A stretch of 64,000 nucleotides of DNA from Candidatus Poribacteria bacterium (lineage in GTDB: Bacteria > Poribacteria > WGA-4E > JAJDTR01): the NCBI GenBank assembly GCA_965222225.1, contig CBDCTK010000002.1:3264001-3328000 (forward strand), in the 5' to 3' direction. The notes beneath the pieces are model-generated. The model did no database searches and had not been told where the DNA came from. It worked only from the letters and a program-made list of their open reading frames with translations. Positions 51,646-60,489 of this stretch are shown one piece after another (positions within the stretch are counted from its first letter, which is position 1; the number at the start of each line of letters is the position of its first letter). Position numbers and translations under genes: made by a program.

Positions 51646-52683
51646 TTACTCGGCATCCGACAGATGGACTACCTGCCCTGTTTCTATGCTCTCACTTATC
51701 CCCCGTATAACGCGCATATTCTGATACGCATCCTCCAGACTAGGCTCTGGCTGCTTCCCGTCAAGCAGCGAATGTGCCCAATGGCTCATCTCTTCATAAT
51801 ACCCCGGGCGCCTGATTCCGTCAAGCGCGGTGTTAACATCCCATTCCTCCGTTGGAGTGTTCGCATACCCACCGCCGTCACCTGTCCATGTCGGCAGGCG
51901 GTAGCGACGCAACTTGCGCGTTTCGAACACTTGAACCGCATGATTGTTTGTGCTTTTGATAAACACCATCGCCTCCAAAACGGCGCCGATGCCCAGTGTC
52001 ATTGCGCCGACGCCTCTATTCTCGTACTGAAGATTGACGCAGATTGATACCGTACCGCTTTCGGCGTCGTTGGTGGCGAATGCAATGAGCTGGCTCACCG
52101 GTCCCATGAAAAAGCGCATGCAGTCCGTCGGGTGTATTACCTGATCCAGCATGAAGGGCCAAGCGTACGGCGATCCCGGTTCATGAATACGCGGCGTGGG
52201 TGCAAGGTATCGCGTCTCGTATTGGCAGACACTGCCGAACTCCTCCTCTTCAAGCAGTCGTTTCGCAAGGCGGTGTGCCGGCGCATGACGCCACATTGTG
52301 CCGACCATCCCGGTCTTGCCTGATCTAACTGACGCATCAAGCAGCATCTTTGCCCCCTCGACAGTCGTGGCGGGCGGCTTTTCGGTGTAGATGTGGTATC
52401 CGCGTTCGAGACACTCGATACCGATATCACGGTGCATCTTGTCTTCCGGACGCCCAACCACGGCAACAGCGTCAAGTTCCTCCGTTTTGAGCATCTGATC
52501 GTAATCGGAATACCAGCGTAACGCGCCATATTTTCGAGCGTTCGTTTTCGCTTTATCCTCGATTAAATCACATGTCGCAACAAATTCAATTTCGGGAATC
52601 ATCGGGATGCACTGCTGTAGTCCTGAGGACATTGCGCCGCATCCGATAAATGCGAGTCGAATTTTTCTCAAATTACCCTCCAT
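51646..52683 (-). CDS. Gfo/Idh/MocA oxidoreductase
   Basis: LAFIGCG, HIYTEKPP, DQVIH motifs. Confidence 0.85.
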   Translation of the reverse strand: MEGNLRKIRLAFIGCGAMSSGLQQCIPMIPEIEFVATCDLIEDKAKTNARKYGALRWYSDYDQMLKTEELDAVAVVGRPEDKMHRDIGIECLERGYHIYTEKPPATTVEGAKMLLDASVRSGKTGMVGTMWRHAPAHRLAKRLLEEEEFGSVCQYETRYLAPTPRIHEPGSPYAWPFMLDQVIHPTDCMRFFMGPVSQLIAFATNDAESGTVSICVNLQYENRGVGAMTLGIGAVLEAMVFIKSTNNHAVQVFETRKLRRYRLPTWTGDGGGYANTPTEEWDVNTALDGIRRPGYYEEMSHWAHSLLDGKQPEPSLEDAYQNMRVIRGISESIETGQVVHLSDAE

Positions 52684-52761
52684 GCTCACGCGGTCGATAC
52701 GTCGCCTTCGGTTAGGGCATTCATGCCTGCAACTCCAACACACGCGCGAATTTATTCTTGG

Positions 52762-52850
52762 TTAACTACAGGTTGCGAAACGGTGGACGCCGCAGCGGCG
52801 ATCGCTTCTTCGATTCGGCAATTTTTCTCCGCATCAATGGCGTTAGGATG
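52762..52850 (-). pseudogene. Duplicated 3' end of the flotillin gene 55042-56289
   Basis: Encodes HPNAIDAEKNCRIEEAIAAAASTVSQP versus HPNAIDAEKNRRVEEALAAAASTVTQP. Confidence 0.8.
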
Positions 52851-52905
52851 AGATAAAAGTTTCACGATCTTTCATAATTTTGGAATCGTGGGCGAGAAAA
52901 ACCTG

Positions 52906-54771
52906 CTAACGGTAGGTATTGACAATCTCTGAGATGACGCTGGCTCTGTTTTTCCAATTCATGCGAGCAGGCGGAATGAGATAGATTCCGTCAATCACGC
53001 ATTCGTCTTGATCGCGGATGTCCCGAATCAATTCCAAGCATAATCGCATACCGAGTTCGTGTCCGGCGGTATCCCCAATGTCTCGGAATTTGTCAACAAT
53101 AAACTGTGGGATGTAAAGCCCCAAATTGTCGCGTAAGTAGGATGCGCTGCGGAAACTTGTAAGTGGCAAGATACCGTAAAGAATCTTTATACCGAGATGT
53201 TCCGTCGCTTGCTGCGCACGCACGATATCCCGATACGTCCAGACAGGTTGTGTATAGGCGAACTTCGCGCCCTGCGCCACTTTATTTGCGAGATGCTTAA
53301 CATGTGGTTGCAGATTCTCGGCAATCGTGAAGCCTCCACCGTAATAGAAACCGCACGGCTCACCAATCGATGAGCCATCAGCGAGTTCACCCTGATTTAA
53401 CCGGGCAATGAGTTTCATCAACTGGACCGCACCGCGGACATCGGGAACGAGGCATGCTGTTTCATAGGGACCAGCCTTCGGATGGTCGCCGGATAAGGCG
53501 ACAATGCCGCGGATGCCTAATGCCTCCGCCTCCAGCAGATGTGATTGCATACTGATGAGATTTCGCGATCGGGTTGTCCAATGGATGAGCGTCGGAATCT
53601 GGGTCGTCTGTTGAACGCGATACGCTGTGCCGACAGCCCCGATGTTCACCGCAGCACCGGAATTATCGGTTACATCGAATAAATCCACCGCGGTCGCGGC
53701 AAGATTCTTTGCCTCCCGCAACAACGTGCGCAACTGTGGAAATGTATTGGCGCGCATCTCTACACTTACGATGCGTTCGCGTGTTTCAAACACCTGTTGC
53801 ACAGGATTATCGGTCGGTGCTTTGTACAGTGACGTGCTTTTTGGGAGGACGAAGATACGTTGCTCCCGTTTTACAGGTGCGCTTCCTGCAACAGCCTGCC
53901 GGACTTTCGCCGTGTATGCCGGTGTTGTGCCGCAGCACCCGCCAATCATGTTCGCCCCAAGTTCGACTAGCTTCACGACGTAATCGCTGAACACCTCGGC
54001 CTCGACTGTGTAAGATAGCGCTATTTCGCCCTGCTCTACTCTCGGATTACCGGCATTCGGTTGAACCACAATAGGGGCTTTGATGACAGGGGCAAGAAGT
54101 TCCATCGCTTCAACGAGATCATGCGGTCCTCTGCAATTGATGCCAACCGCATGCGCGCCGAGTTGTTCAAGTTCTTGTGCCAAGACGCGTACATCTAATC
54201 CGGCACCGATAGTTCCGCCAGAAACGCCGCCAATTTCAACGACAACGGGGACACCGTAAGTGAGAGCCTGCTTTGTAGCGATTTCCGCTTGTTTGGAAGA
54301 GACGAAGGTCTCAAGTACGAGAAGGTCAACCCTTTCATCAACGAGCGCGTCCATCTGCTCCTCAAAAAGCCTTCGGATTGCCTTGGTGGCGGGAACGGGG
54401 GTATCTAAGGCATGGAACGGAATTTGCCCTACGGAACCGGCTACGTAGCAGGTTTCTTTGGCTACCGCGCGTGCGAGCAACACGCCTGCTTTGTTAATTT
54501 CTTTCACCTGTTCAGCCAAGCCGTGGACAGCCAATGCCTCCCTGTTTGCCTGGTAGGTGTTTGTCTGGATAACATCGGCACCTGCGTCAATATAAGCGCG
54601 ATGAATCGCCGAAACGTCCTCGGCATGTTCCGTAGAAATATTGCAGGCATCAACGCACTGCAAATGTGACGGGACGCGTTTGCGGAGTTCGGTTCCGATA
54701 GCACCATCGCACACCAGAATCTGACGCGCAAGGGCTTGCATGAAGTTTTCTTTTCTTGAATTTGCAACCAT
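52906..54771 (-). CDS. yitJ: Bifunctional homocysteine S-methyltransferase / methylenetetrahydrofolate reductase (YitJ-like)
   Basis: DGAIGT, GADVIQTNTY, GINC, PNAGNP, IGGCCGTTP; MTHFR part VTDN, RSRNLISMQSHLL, LSGD, YTQPV. Confidence 0.85.
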   Translation of the reverse strand: MVANSRKENFMQALARQILVCDGAIGTELRKRVPSHLQCVDACNISTEHAEDVSAIHRAYIDAGADVIQTNTYQANREALAVHGLAEQVKEINKAGVLLARAVAKETCYVAGSVGQIPFHALDTPVPATKAIRRLFEEQMDALVDERVDLLVLETFVSSKQAEIATKQALTYGVPVVVEIGGVSGGTIGAGLDVRVLAQELEQLGAHAVGINCRGPHDLVEAMELLAPVIKAPIVVQPNAGNPRVEQGEIALSYTVEAEVFSDYVVKLVELGANMIGGCCGTTPAYTAKVRQAVAGSAPVKREQRIFVLPKSTSLYKAPTDNPVQQVFETRERIVSVEMRANTFPQLRTLLREAKNLAATAVDLFDVTDNSGAAVNIGAVGTAYRVQQTTQIPTLIHWTTRSRNLISMQSHLLEAEALGIRGIVALSGDHPKAGPYETACLVPDVRGAVQLMKLIARLNQGELADGSSIGEPCGFYYGGGFTIAENLQPHVKHLANKVAQGAKFAYTQPVWTYRDIVRAQQATEHLGIKILYGILPLTSFRSASYLRDNLGLYIPQFIVDKFRDIGDTAGHELGMRLCLELIRDIRDQDECVIDGIYLIPPARMNWKNRASVISEIVNTYR

Positions 54772-54864
54772 ATAAGAGAAAAGCGCGCATAGAAAGCGCG
54801 CTTTCTTGTGCTTAAGAAACAGGTTCTACTTAATTGTAGAGACTTAGCTCCAGTTTGTACATCT

Positions 54865-55010
54865 GTAGGGTGGGCACCGCCCACCAGCCTTTGAAAGCAC
54901 CAGCGGCGCGACAGGTGTATAGCGACGCCGATACGCCCCCAGAGGGGCGACAGCGAATAGCGCCCAAATACCCAGAAATGGCTTTACCGTCAATTCTTCA
55001 AACAGGTTCT
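54865..55010. repeat. REP cluster / partial MITE
   Basis: GTAGGGTGGGCA REP, two (G)CCCCAG..GGGGCGACAG-type hairpins and a TTCAAACAGGTTC-TAA end. Confidence 0.6.
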
Positions 55011-55041
55011 AAAAGCTACAAGCTACTAATTCCGTTCTTGG

Positions 55042-56289
55042 TTAGCCACGAGGTTGCGTCACGGTGGACGCGGCAGCGGCGAGCGCTTCTTCGACCCGAC
55101 GATTTTTCTCCGCATCAATGGCATTCGGATGAATGGCAGAGATCGGACCATCTTGGTGAAGGTCACCGGCAATAACCGTTATCTGATCGACGGGAAACAG
55201 ATCCATTGTTTGGGCAAATGGTTCGATTAAATCCTCAAACTTCTCGATGATATAGGTCGTCAATCCCGAATCACCCACTGAGCGAAGGATTTCAACGGTA
55301 CGCTTCAGTTGTGTGAGTTCCGACTGAGCCTGGCCGCGGATTGTCGCGGCTTCCCCCTCTGCTTCCTGAATCATCTTCTCCTTTGTCGCAGCCGCGGGAA
55401 CAATCGTATCCGCCTGACATCTCGCCCGCACCATTTCAATCTGCTGTTTTTCAGCCTGAATCTGGGCTTGGATCCCCGCCACCTCGGACTCCGCGTTTCG
55501 GGTTTCCTCTTGGGCATTCACGGCGCCACGCTGATTTTCCTCTGCAGTGTTGACTTTCGCCTGTGCCTCGATTCGCTGATACTCATTTTGGAGTTCACGA
55601 ACGGAGACTTCAGCTCGACGTTCCTCTGCCTGCTCTTTTGCGGCGGCACGTGCGTTTGTCTGTGCTTCGCGCGATTGCGTTTCAGCATCGGCAGTTTGTA
55701 TCCGCTTCAACAGCGCGATATATAGATCGGGCTCATCAACCCCATCTAGCCGATGATCGTCCACATCGGCGATATTCATGGTGGTGATTTCCAGACCGAT
55801 ACCCTCCAAGTCGGACTTGCAGACTTTGATCATGTTTTGGATAAGCTGGTCTTTTTGGCTCATCACCTCTTCGGGAGTCATTGCCGCAATTGAGTCGCGC
55901 AGATGCCCTTCAATGATAGAAGTGGCAATGTCTTGTAGTTCAGTCCAGTCCTTGGTCATGTTCAAAATGCGTTTGACAGCATTGACGAGGCCCTTTTCCG
56001 TCTTTGCCACGGAATAACTGACTGTCGCTTTCACGGTCAACGGGACAATTCCCTCGGCGATGGCTGACTCCACGATAACCGTCGTCGTTTGAGGCGTGAG
56101 GTCCATTGTGCTGAAGCGGTTGATTAGCGGAAACACGAAAACTCGTCCACCTCGGAATGTGCTGAAACTGTCGCCTTTTCCGTGTACGACGGCAAGCTGA
56201 CTCGGCGGTATGAGCTTCATCTTCATCACAAGTTGAAGAATCAGTGTCACCAATATGAGTATGGCAAGTGTTATGAGGAAGAATATCAT
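55042..56289 (-). CDS. Flotillin/SPFH-domain protein
   Basis: N-terminal TM, GGRVFVFP, IEGHLRDSIAAMTPEE, DLEGIGLEI, Ala/Glu-rich coiled coil. Confidence 0.9.
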   Translation of the reverse strand: MIFFLITLAILILVTLILQLVMKMKLIPPSQLAVVHGKGDSFSTFRGGRVFVFPLINRFSTMDLTPQTTTVIVESAIAEGIVPLTVKATVSYSVAKTEKGLVNAVKRILNMTKDWTELQDIATSIIEGHLRDSIAAMTPEEVMSQKDQLIQNMIKVCKSDLEGIGLEITTMNIADVDDHRLDGVDEPDLYIALLKRIQTADAETQSREAQTNARAAAKEQAEERRAEVSVRELQNEYQRIEAQAKVNTAEENQRGAVNAQEETRNAESEVAGIQAQIQAEKQQIEMVRARCQADTIVPAAATKEKMIQEAEGEAATIRGQAQSELTQLKRTVEILRSVGDSGLTTYIIEKFEDLIEPFAQTMDLFPVDQITVIAGDLHQDGPISAIHPNAIDAEKNRRVEEALAAAASTVTQPRG

Positions 56290-57767
56290 GATACACCTCC
56301 TTCTCGAATCGGGTCTAGTGGTGCTTCGTCTTCGGAAATGACGGAGGTTTCCGTCTGCTTCCGCGTGATTAGCTCCTTTACGCTAATGCCCAAGCCCTGT
56401 TCAAAGCATTTCAAGAAATCAACGAATGCCGCAGGGCCTCGATTCACAGCGCTATTGAACCCATCTTCTACATTGAGAACCAGCAAGTTATCGACCTTCA
56501 ATGATTTCGCGTGTGTGCGGTACGCTTCGAAAAGATGGGGCAGCTGTGTGATGAATAATGCGATTTTACCTGTATCTCCGGTATTCTTGAGTAAATCCAC
56601 TTTCTGTAGAAGGAGATCATTCTGGGTTTGTTGAACAATGTCAACAGCTTTTGCCTCTCCTTCTGCCAGAATCTCGGCGGCATGACGCTTGGCTTCAGCC
56701 TCCACAATAACCTCGGAGCTGTTTTTCAACTCTTGAAGTTTCGCCGACACTTCCTCTATGCGCCGCTGACCCGTACTTCTCGCCATCACAACGGCGCTGT
56801 CCGCCTCAAGTTTCGAGCGGTGCACGTCCGCGTCACACTGGCGACGAAACAGCTCGACGTCTTGTCGAGATTGAAGAATCTTCTCGGTGGCGCGATTTTC
56901 AGCCACCAGCATTCGACGTTTCGAATCAGATTCGGCGCGCTCGGCCCGCGCTTTCAGACGGGATTCTTCAATCTCCACCTCCTGACGTTTGCGTGAAAGG
57001 GTCTTGTTCGCAAGATTCGCGATGTAATTGGAGGTATCCCAAATGCGCTGGAGTGATACAGAAACGACATTCATTCCAAACGCACTTAAATCCTCGCGAC
57101 AATCCTCAAGCAGAAATCGACGGAAGATTGCCCGTTCACCGTCTCTCGTTTGGCGCGATTCGGAGGTATGCGCATCGTCTTTTGCTTGGTCAGCATCGGC
57201 TGCGCTCTCCTCCGAGGACGATTGGCTCTGCGCATTGGAGCTCTCATTCTGTTCCTGCTGCTCAATACTTTCTACACTCTCAACCATGCCGATAGCCTGC
57301 AACGGCGTGGTTTTGTTAAGCGCCGCGCGAAAGTTGCCAATCATCGTCTGTTGAATCTGCTCCTGGATCTGCTCGCGCGATTTACCGAGCAACTGTTGCA
57401 CCGCGCTGTAGAGTAGCACTTTGTCCATGTCGTCAATGCAAACACAGGCAGTTGCGTCGGATCCGACGGTGATCCCATTCGCGGAATTCACATTATCAAC
57501 CTGGACGTTGATTGGGATGATTGTGATATCAAGGAATTGGACGCTCTGAATGAATGGAATAACGAAGGTCCATCCGCCTTTTTGCAGACGAAAACCGTAT
57601 TTTTTGCCTTCGACCACGGTTTCTGTGCCGCCGGTAACCACAAGTATATGATTTGACGGACACACGCGAATCAAAGATCGCAGAACCGCAATCAATAGGA
57701 GGAATGCAACGATCGCGAGAACGCCGCCAGCAACGCCGTCTATCTGAGTAATCAACTCCATCTTCAT
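56286..57767 (-). CDS. Flotillin/SPFH-domain protein
   Basis: GGWTFVIPFIQ, SANGITV, GNFRAAL, DLSAFGM, coiled coil. Confidence 0.9.
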   Translation of the reverse strand: MKMELITQIDGVAGGVLAIVAFLLLIAVLRSLIRVCPSNHILVVTGGTETVVEGKKYGFRLQKGGWTFVIPFIQSVQFLDITIIPINVQVDNVNSANGITVGSDATACVCIDDMDKVLLYSAVQQLLGKSREQIQEQIQQTMIGNFRAALNKTTPLQAIGMVESVESIEQQEQNESSNAQSQSSSEESAADADQAKDDAHTSESRQTRDGERAIFRRFLLEDCREDLSAFGMNVVSVSLQRIWDTSNYIANLANKTLSRKRQEVEIEESRLKARAERAESDSKRRMLVAENRATEKILQSRQDVELFRRQCDADVHRSKLEADSAVVMARSTGQRRIEEVSAKLQELKNSSEVIVEAEAKRHAAEILAEGEAKAVDIVQQTQNDLLLQKVDLLKNTGDTGKIALFITQLPHLFEAYRTHAKSLKVDNLLVLNVEDGFNSAVNRGPAAFVDFLKCFEQGLGISVKELITRKQTETSVISEDEAPLDPIREGGVS

Positions 57768-58406
57768 CTACTCCTTTGCCATATTTTCGTGTTCAACATA
57801 TACACACTCAGCGGTAACATTGGTAACCCGAACCGTATCCCCTTTCTCAAACCGGGCATTCGGCTCGGTAGCTAATGCGTACTGTTCGGTTACATTCATA
57901 CCCACCTGCACACGCACCTTACCCATCGTGTCGTGCGTTAGTGGAACGGTAACAGTGCCTAGTTGAAAGAAAAGTTCCTCCGAATGCAGCGATGAATCTG
58001 TATCGGTACGCTGGAAACGAAAGAACATGTGTGCCAAGACAAAAGCCACCACGCCGGCAGGCGCCGCCCAAATTAGGCTCTGTCCCGCACTCTTTCCCAT
58101 GGATATGGCTACCCATCCCGTGGGACCAAAACCGAGAAAGAAATAAACAAGGCTGCGCAGGTAAGAAATCACGGACAGCACAGCTACTTTGCCAGCGGTG
58201 TGAGTGATACTTTCTGGCGGGGTTTTCCCCGTGTTGGTCTCGTCCACGGGGAAAACCGTATCGAACCTCATGCCACCATCTTCGACGCCATCGCCGCCAC
58301 CACTATCACTATCTTGGCTCCCACCTAGGAATCCAAGGAAATCAAGGACGGTGATGGTCACGGAAAACAGTGTACAACCGATGTAAACTCCATTTAGCCA
58401 TGTCAT
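57768..58406 (-). CDS. NfeD-like (YuaF/YqiJ-type) membrane protein
   Basis: TM helices, FFLGFGPTG, C-terminal OB-like GTVTVP..GKVRV..GDTVRV; abuts the flotillin genes. Confidence 0.8.
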   Translation of the reverse strand: MTWLNGVYIGCTLFSVTITVLDFLGFLGGSQDSDSGGGDGVEDGGMRFDTVFPVDETNTGKTPPESITHTAGKVAVLSVISYLRSLVYFFLGFGPTGWVAISMGKSAGQSLIWAAPAGVVAFVLAHMFFRFQRTDTDSSLHSEELFFQLGTVTVPLTHDTMGKVRVQVGMNVTEQYALATEPNARFEKGDTVRVTNVTAECVYVEHENMAKE

Positions 58407-58733
58407 CGGATGCCTCTTTGTGAAAGGGAAAGTCGGGGTTGGAGAGATGAGGTAATGTGGAGCGCCCTCTGCTTTCGAGGCTCAAAGGTCCATTCAAGAA
58501 ATTGCAATCAATTCCGGGGTCGTCCACATTTCCTCACGGTTCAGGTGGAAAGTAACCAGATACTCGATCGTGGTACTACGGACTCATGTAGGTTTAAAGC
58601 TTCTCACTTCGGATGCTGGAATCCAATAACGGTTCATTTTACGTAATGCGTAACCCGTTTTCTTACGTATTGCGCATTACGATTTACATCATGCCCTTCT
58701 TTTTTCTACGAATCGGAGCAACTCGCGCAAGCC

Positions 58734-59138
58734 CTAGCTAATATATGGCGATAACAGGTCGTGAGCGGTCATCACGTTTACGGCAAGCGAATCTAGCGCA
58801 AGCAGAAGTTCATTATCATCCAGATTCTCCGTTGCGAGACTGTCCACCAGTACAATCCGCTTGTCGCTCGGGTTGTCCGAATCTATCCCGAAACAACACG
58901 GCAAAATCTCCGTATTTTGATCGAGAATCTTCTCATAAATCTCTTCCAGCTTGAGCCCGTCAAGATCGCTAACCCTGCAAAGGTCAACCATGAACTCGAT
59001 TTGACTGTCATCAATAACGGCGAAAATATTCAAGCCGTCCTCATCCTGCAAAATGAGCAGTGGATCCTGATCTTGAATCGTGTATCCCTGTTCCTCAACA
59101 AAACTGACGATCTCTGCTTTGCTGTTTAACTGTGTCAT
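58734..59138 (-). CDS. YjfI/CesT-like chaperone-fold protein
   Basis: Acidic 134 aa with LDQNTEILPCCFGID..LVDSLATENLDDNEL; follows pspA. Confidence 0.6.
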   Translation of the reverse strand: MTQLNSKAEIVSFVEEQGYTIQDQDPLLILQDEDGLNIFAVIDDSQIEFMVDLCRVSDLDGLKLEEIYEKILDQNTEILPCCFGIDSDNPSDKRIVLVDSLATENLDDNELLLALDSLAVNVMTAHDLLSPYIS

Positions 59139-59227
59139 TTTTCCCTCTTTTGAAGTCTTGATTATAATACCATTTCGTTTGAATAACAGTGCATATGGTG
59201 TTTTAATTATATCATTATCTTTCTCGT

Positions 59228-59282
59228 GGGCGGGGATCAAACGAGTGAACAGCGAGTGGGATAGAGATCCCCTTGCCCCGCC
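59228..59282 (+). repeat. GGCGGGG..CCCCGCC hairpin with the 37-nt element in its loop
   Basis: GGGCGGG-[GATCAAACGAGTGAACAGCGAGTGGGATAGAGATCCC]-CTTGCCCCGCC. Confidence 0.75.
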
Positions 59283-59404
59283 TTGGTAAGACTTGATCGA
59301 TGCTATTTATGCACTGCAAATATAGAGAAATGGTATAACGTGGCAATCCGAGAAGTCGCACGGGGCAGACCGTAAAACTGAAGGTCAACCACGTAGGTTG
59401 CCCC

Positions 59405-59440
59405 AACAAAAACGGGGCATCCTCACGGATACCCCTACGC
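59405..59440 (-). terminator. Intrinsic terminator after pspA
   Basis: Minus strand GGGGTATCC-GTGA-GGATGCCCC-GTTTTTGTT. Confidence 0.6.
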
Positions 59441-59529
59441 TTAGTCCCTTTTCTGGGCGCATGAAATGTAACAATGTGGGTATGCCAGGTTTCAGGGTTG
59501 GATCTGTAACAGTCGAAACCCCGAACACA

Positions 59530-60198
59530 TCAATTCGTGCCCATCTTCGCCTTCAAGGCGGCAAGATCGTCGTCCACGTTGCCCTTCCCGAGATCTGCGA
59601 ACTCTTTCTCCAAGGGGTCCTGACTCATTTCGGTCATCTCTGCCGTGGCATCGGCGCGGGCTTCCGAATCGGCAACCTTTTGCTCCATGCGATCGAAACT
59701 TTCAAAAGCGCTGTTCTCTTTCATGCCTGCCATGGTTTCATGAATGAGCCTTTGTGCTTTGGCGCGCTTCTGCCGCGCAATAAGTAAATCTTTCTTCCGT
59801 CTGGCTTCCTCAATCTTACGCTCAAGCGTACGAAGATTTTCTTTAAGCGCTTCCACCGATGCTTTCTGCTTCTCCCACTGAGCATGGTAATCTTCTGCAA
59901 GGCTGCCGTGTTCGTTTCGGCGAACGAGAGCCTCTCTCGCGAGATCTTCCTTTCCCTGCTGTAGAGCTAACGTGGCTTTCTGTTCCCAGTTCTCCGCCTG
60001 CTCTTGTGCGTTTTCGTAATCTTTGTGCAGCCGCTTTTCGAGAGCGATTGTCGTGGCAACCTGCTGCTTTACCTTCACCAACTGCTCCTGCATCTCCATG
60101 GTTATCTGGTTCAGCAGCTTTTCCGGATCTTCAGCCTTGTCCAACGCGGCATTTACGTTTGCCTTGAATACCCTTGAGACGCGGTCGAATATACTCAT
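59530..60198 (-). CDS. pspA: PspA/IM30 family protein
   Basis: MSIFDRVSRVFKANVNAALDKAEDPEK, EDLAREAL, FDRMEQKV, DDLAALKAKM. Confidence 0.95.
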   Translation of the reverse strand: MSIFDRVSRVFKANVNAALDKAEDPEKLLNQITMEMQEQLVKVKQQVATTIALEKRLHKDYENAQEQAENWEQKATLALQQGKEDLAREALVRRNEHGSLAEDYHAQWEKQKASVEALKENLRTLERKIEEARRKKDLLIARQKRAKAQRLIHETMAGMKENSAFESFDRMEQKVADSEARADATAEMTEMSQDPLEKEFADLGKGNVDDDLAALKAKMGTN

Positions 60199-60324
60199 GA
60201 TGAAATCTCCTTACAAGTTAAATTGAATTGTGTGTGATGGGGCACATTTTGTGTCATCACTGGCTAACTGCAACGACGTATTTCCCCGCATTGTTGAAAT
60301 AACAGGTGATTCATGATTAAGCAG

Positions 60325-60353
60325 ATTATAACCGAAAAACGGCGATATGCCAA
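60325..60353 (-). promoter_or_regulatory. sigma70 promoter of pspA
   Basis: TTGGCA-17-TATAAT. Confidence 0.55.
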
Positions 60354-60489
60354 CCCCAAACCGTAGCGGCGAACTCTTCCAAAACGCCGTACGGCGTTTT
60401 GTAGGGTGGGCACTTCCCACCAACCTTTGAAAGCGCCGTAAGTGAACAGCTTCAGATTTGGATTGTTGCAAGATTTTTGCCGTTTCCCT

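Noticed and set aside
54772-54860. SAM or cobalamin riboswitch upstream of yitJ
   Set aside because: Only a simple AAGCGCGC..GCGCGCTT hairpin is present; no riboswitch consensus is visible.
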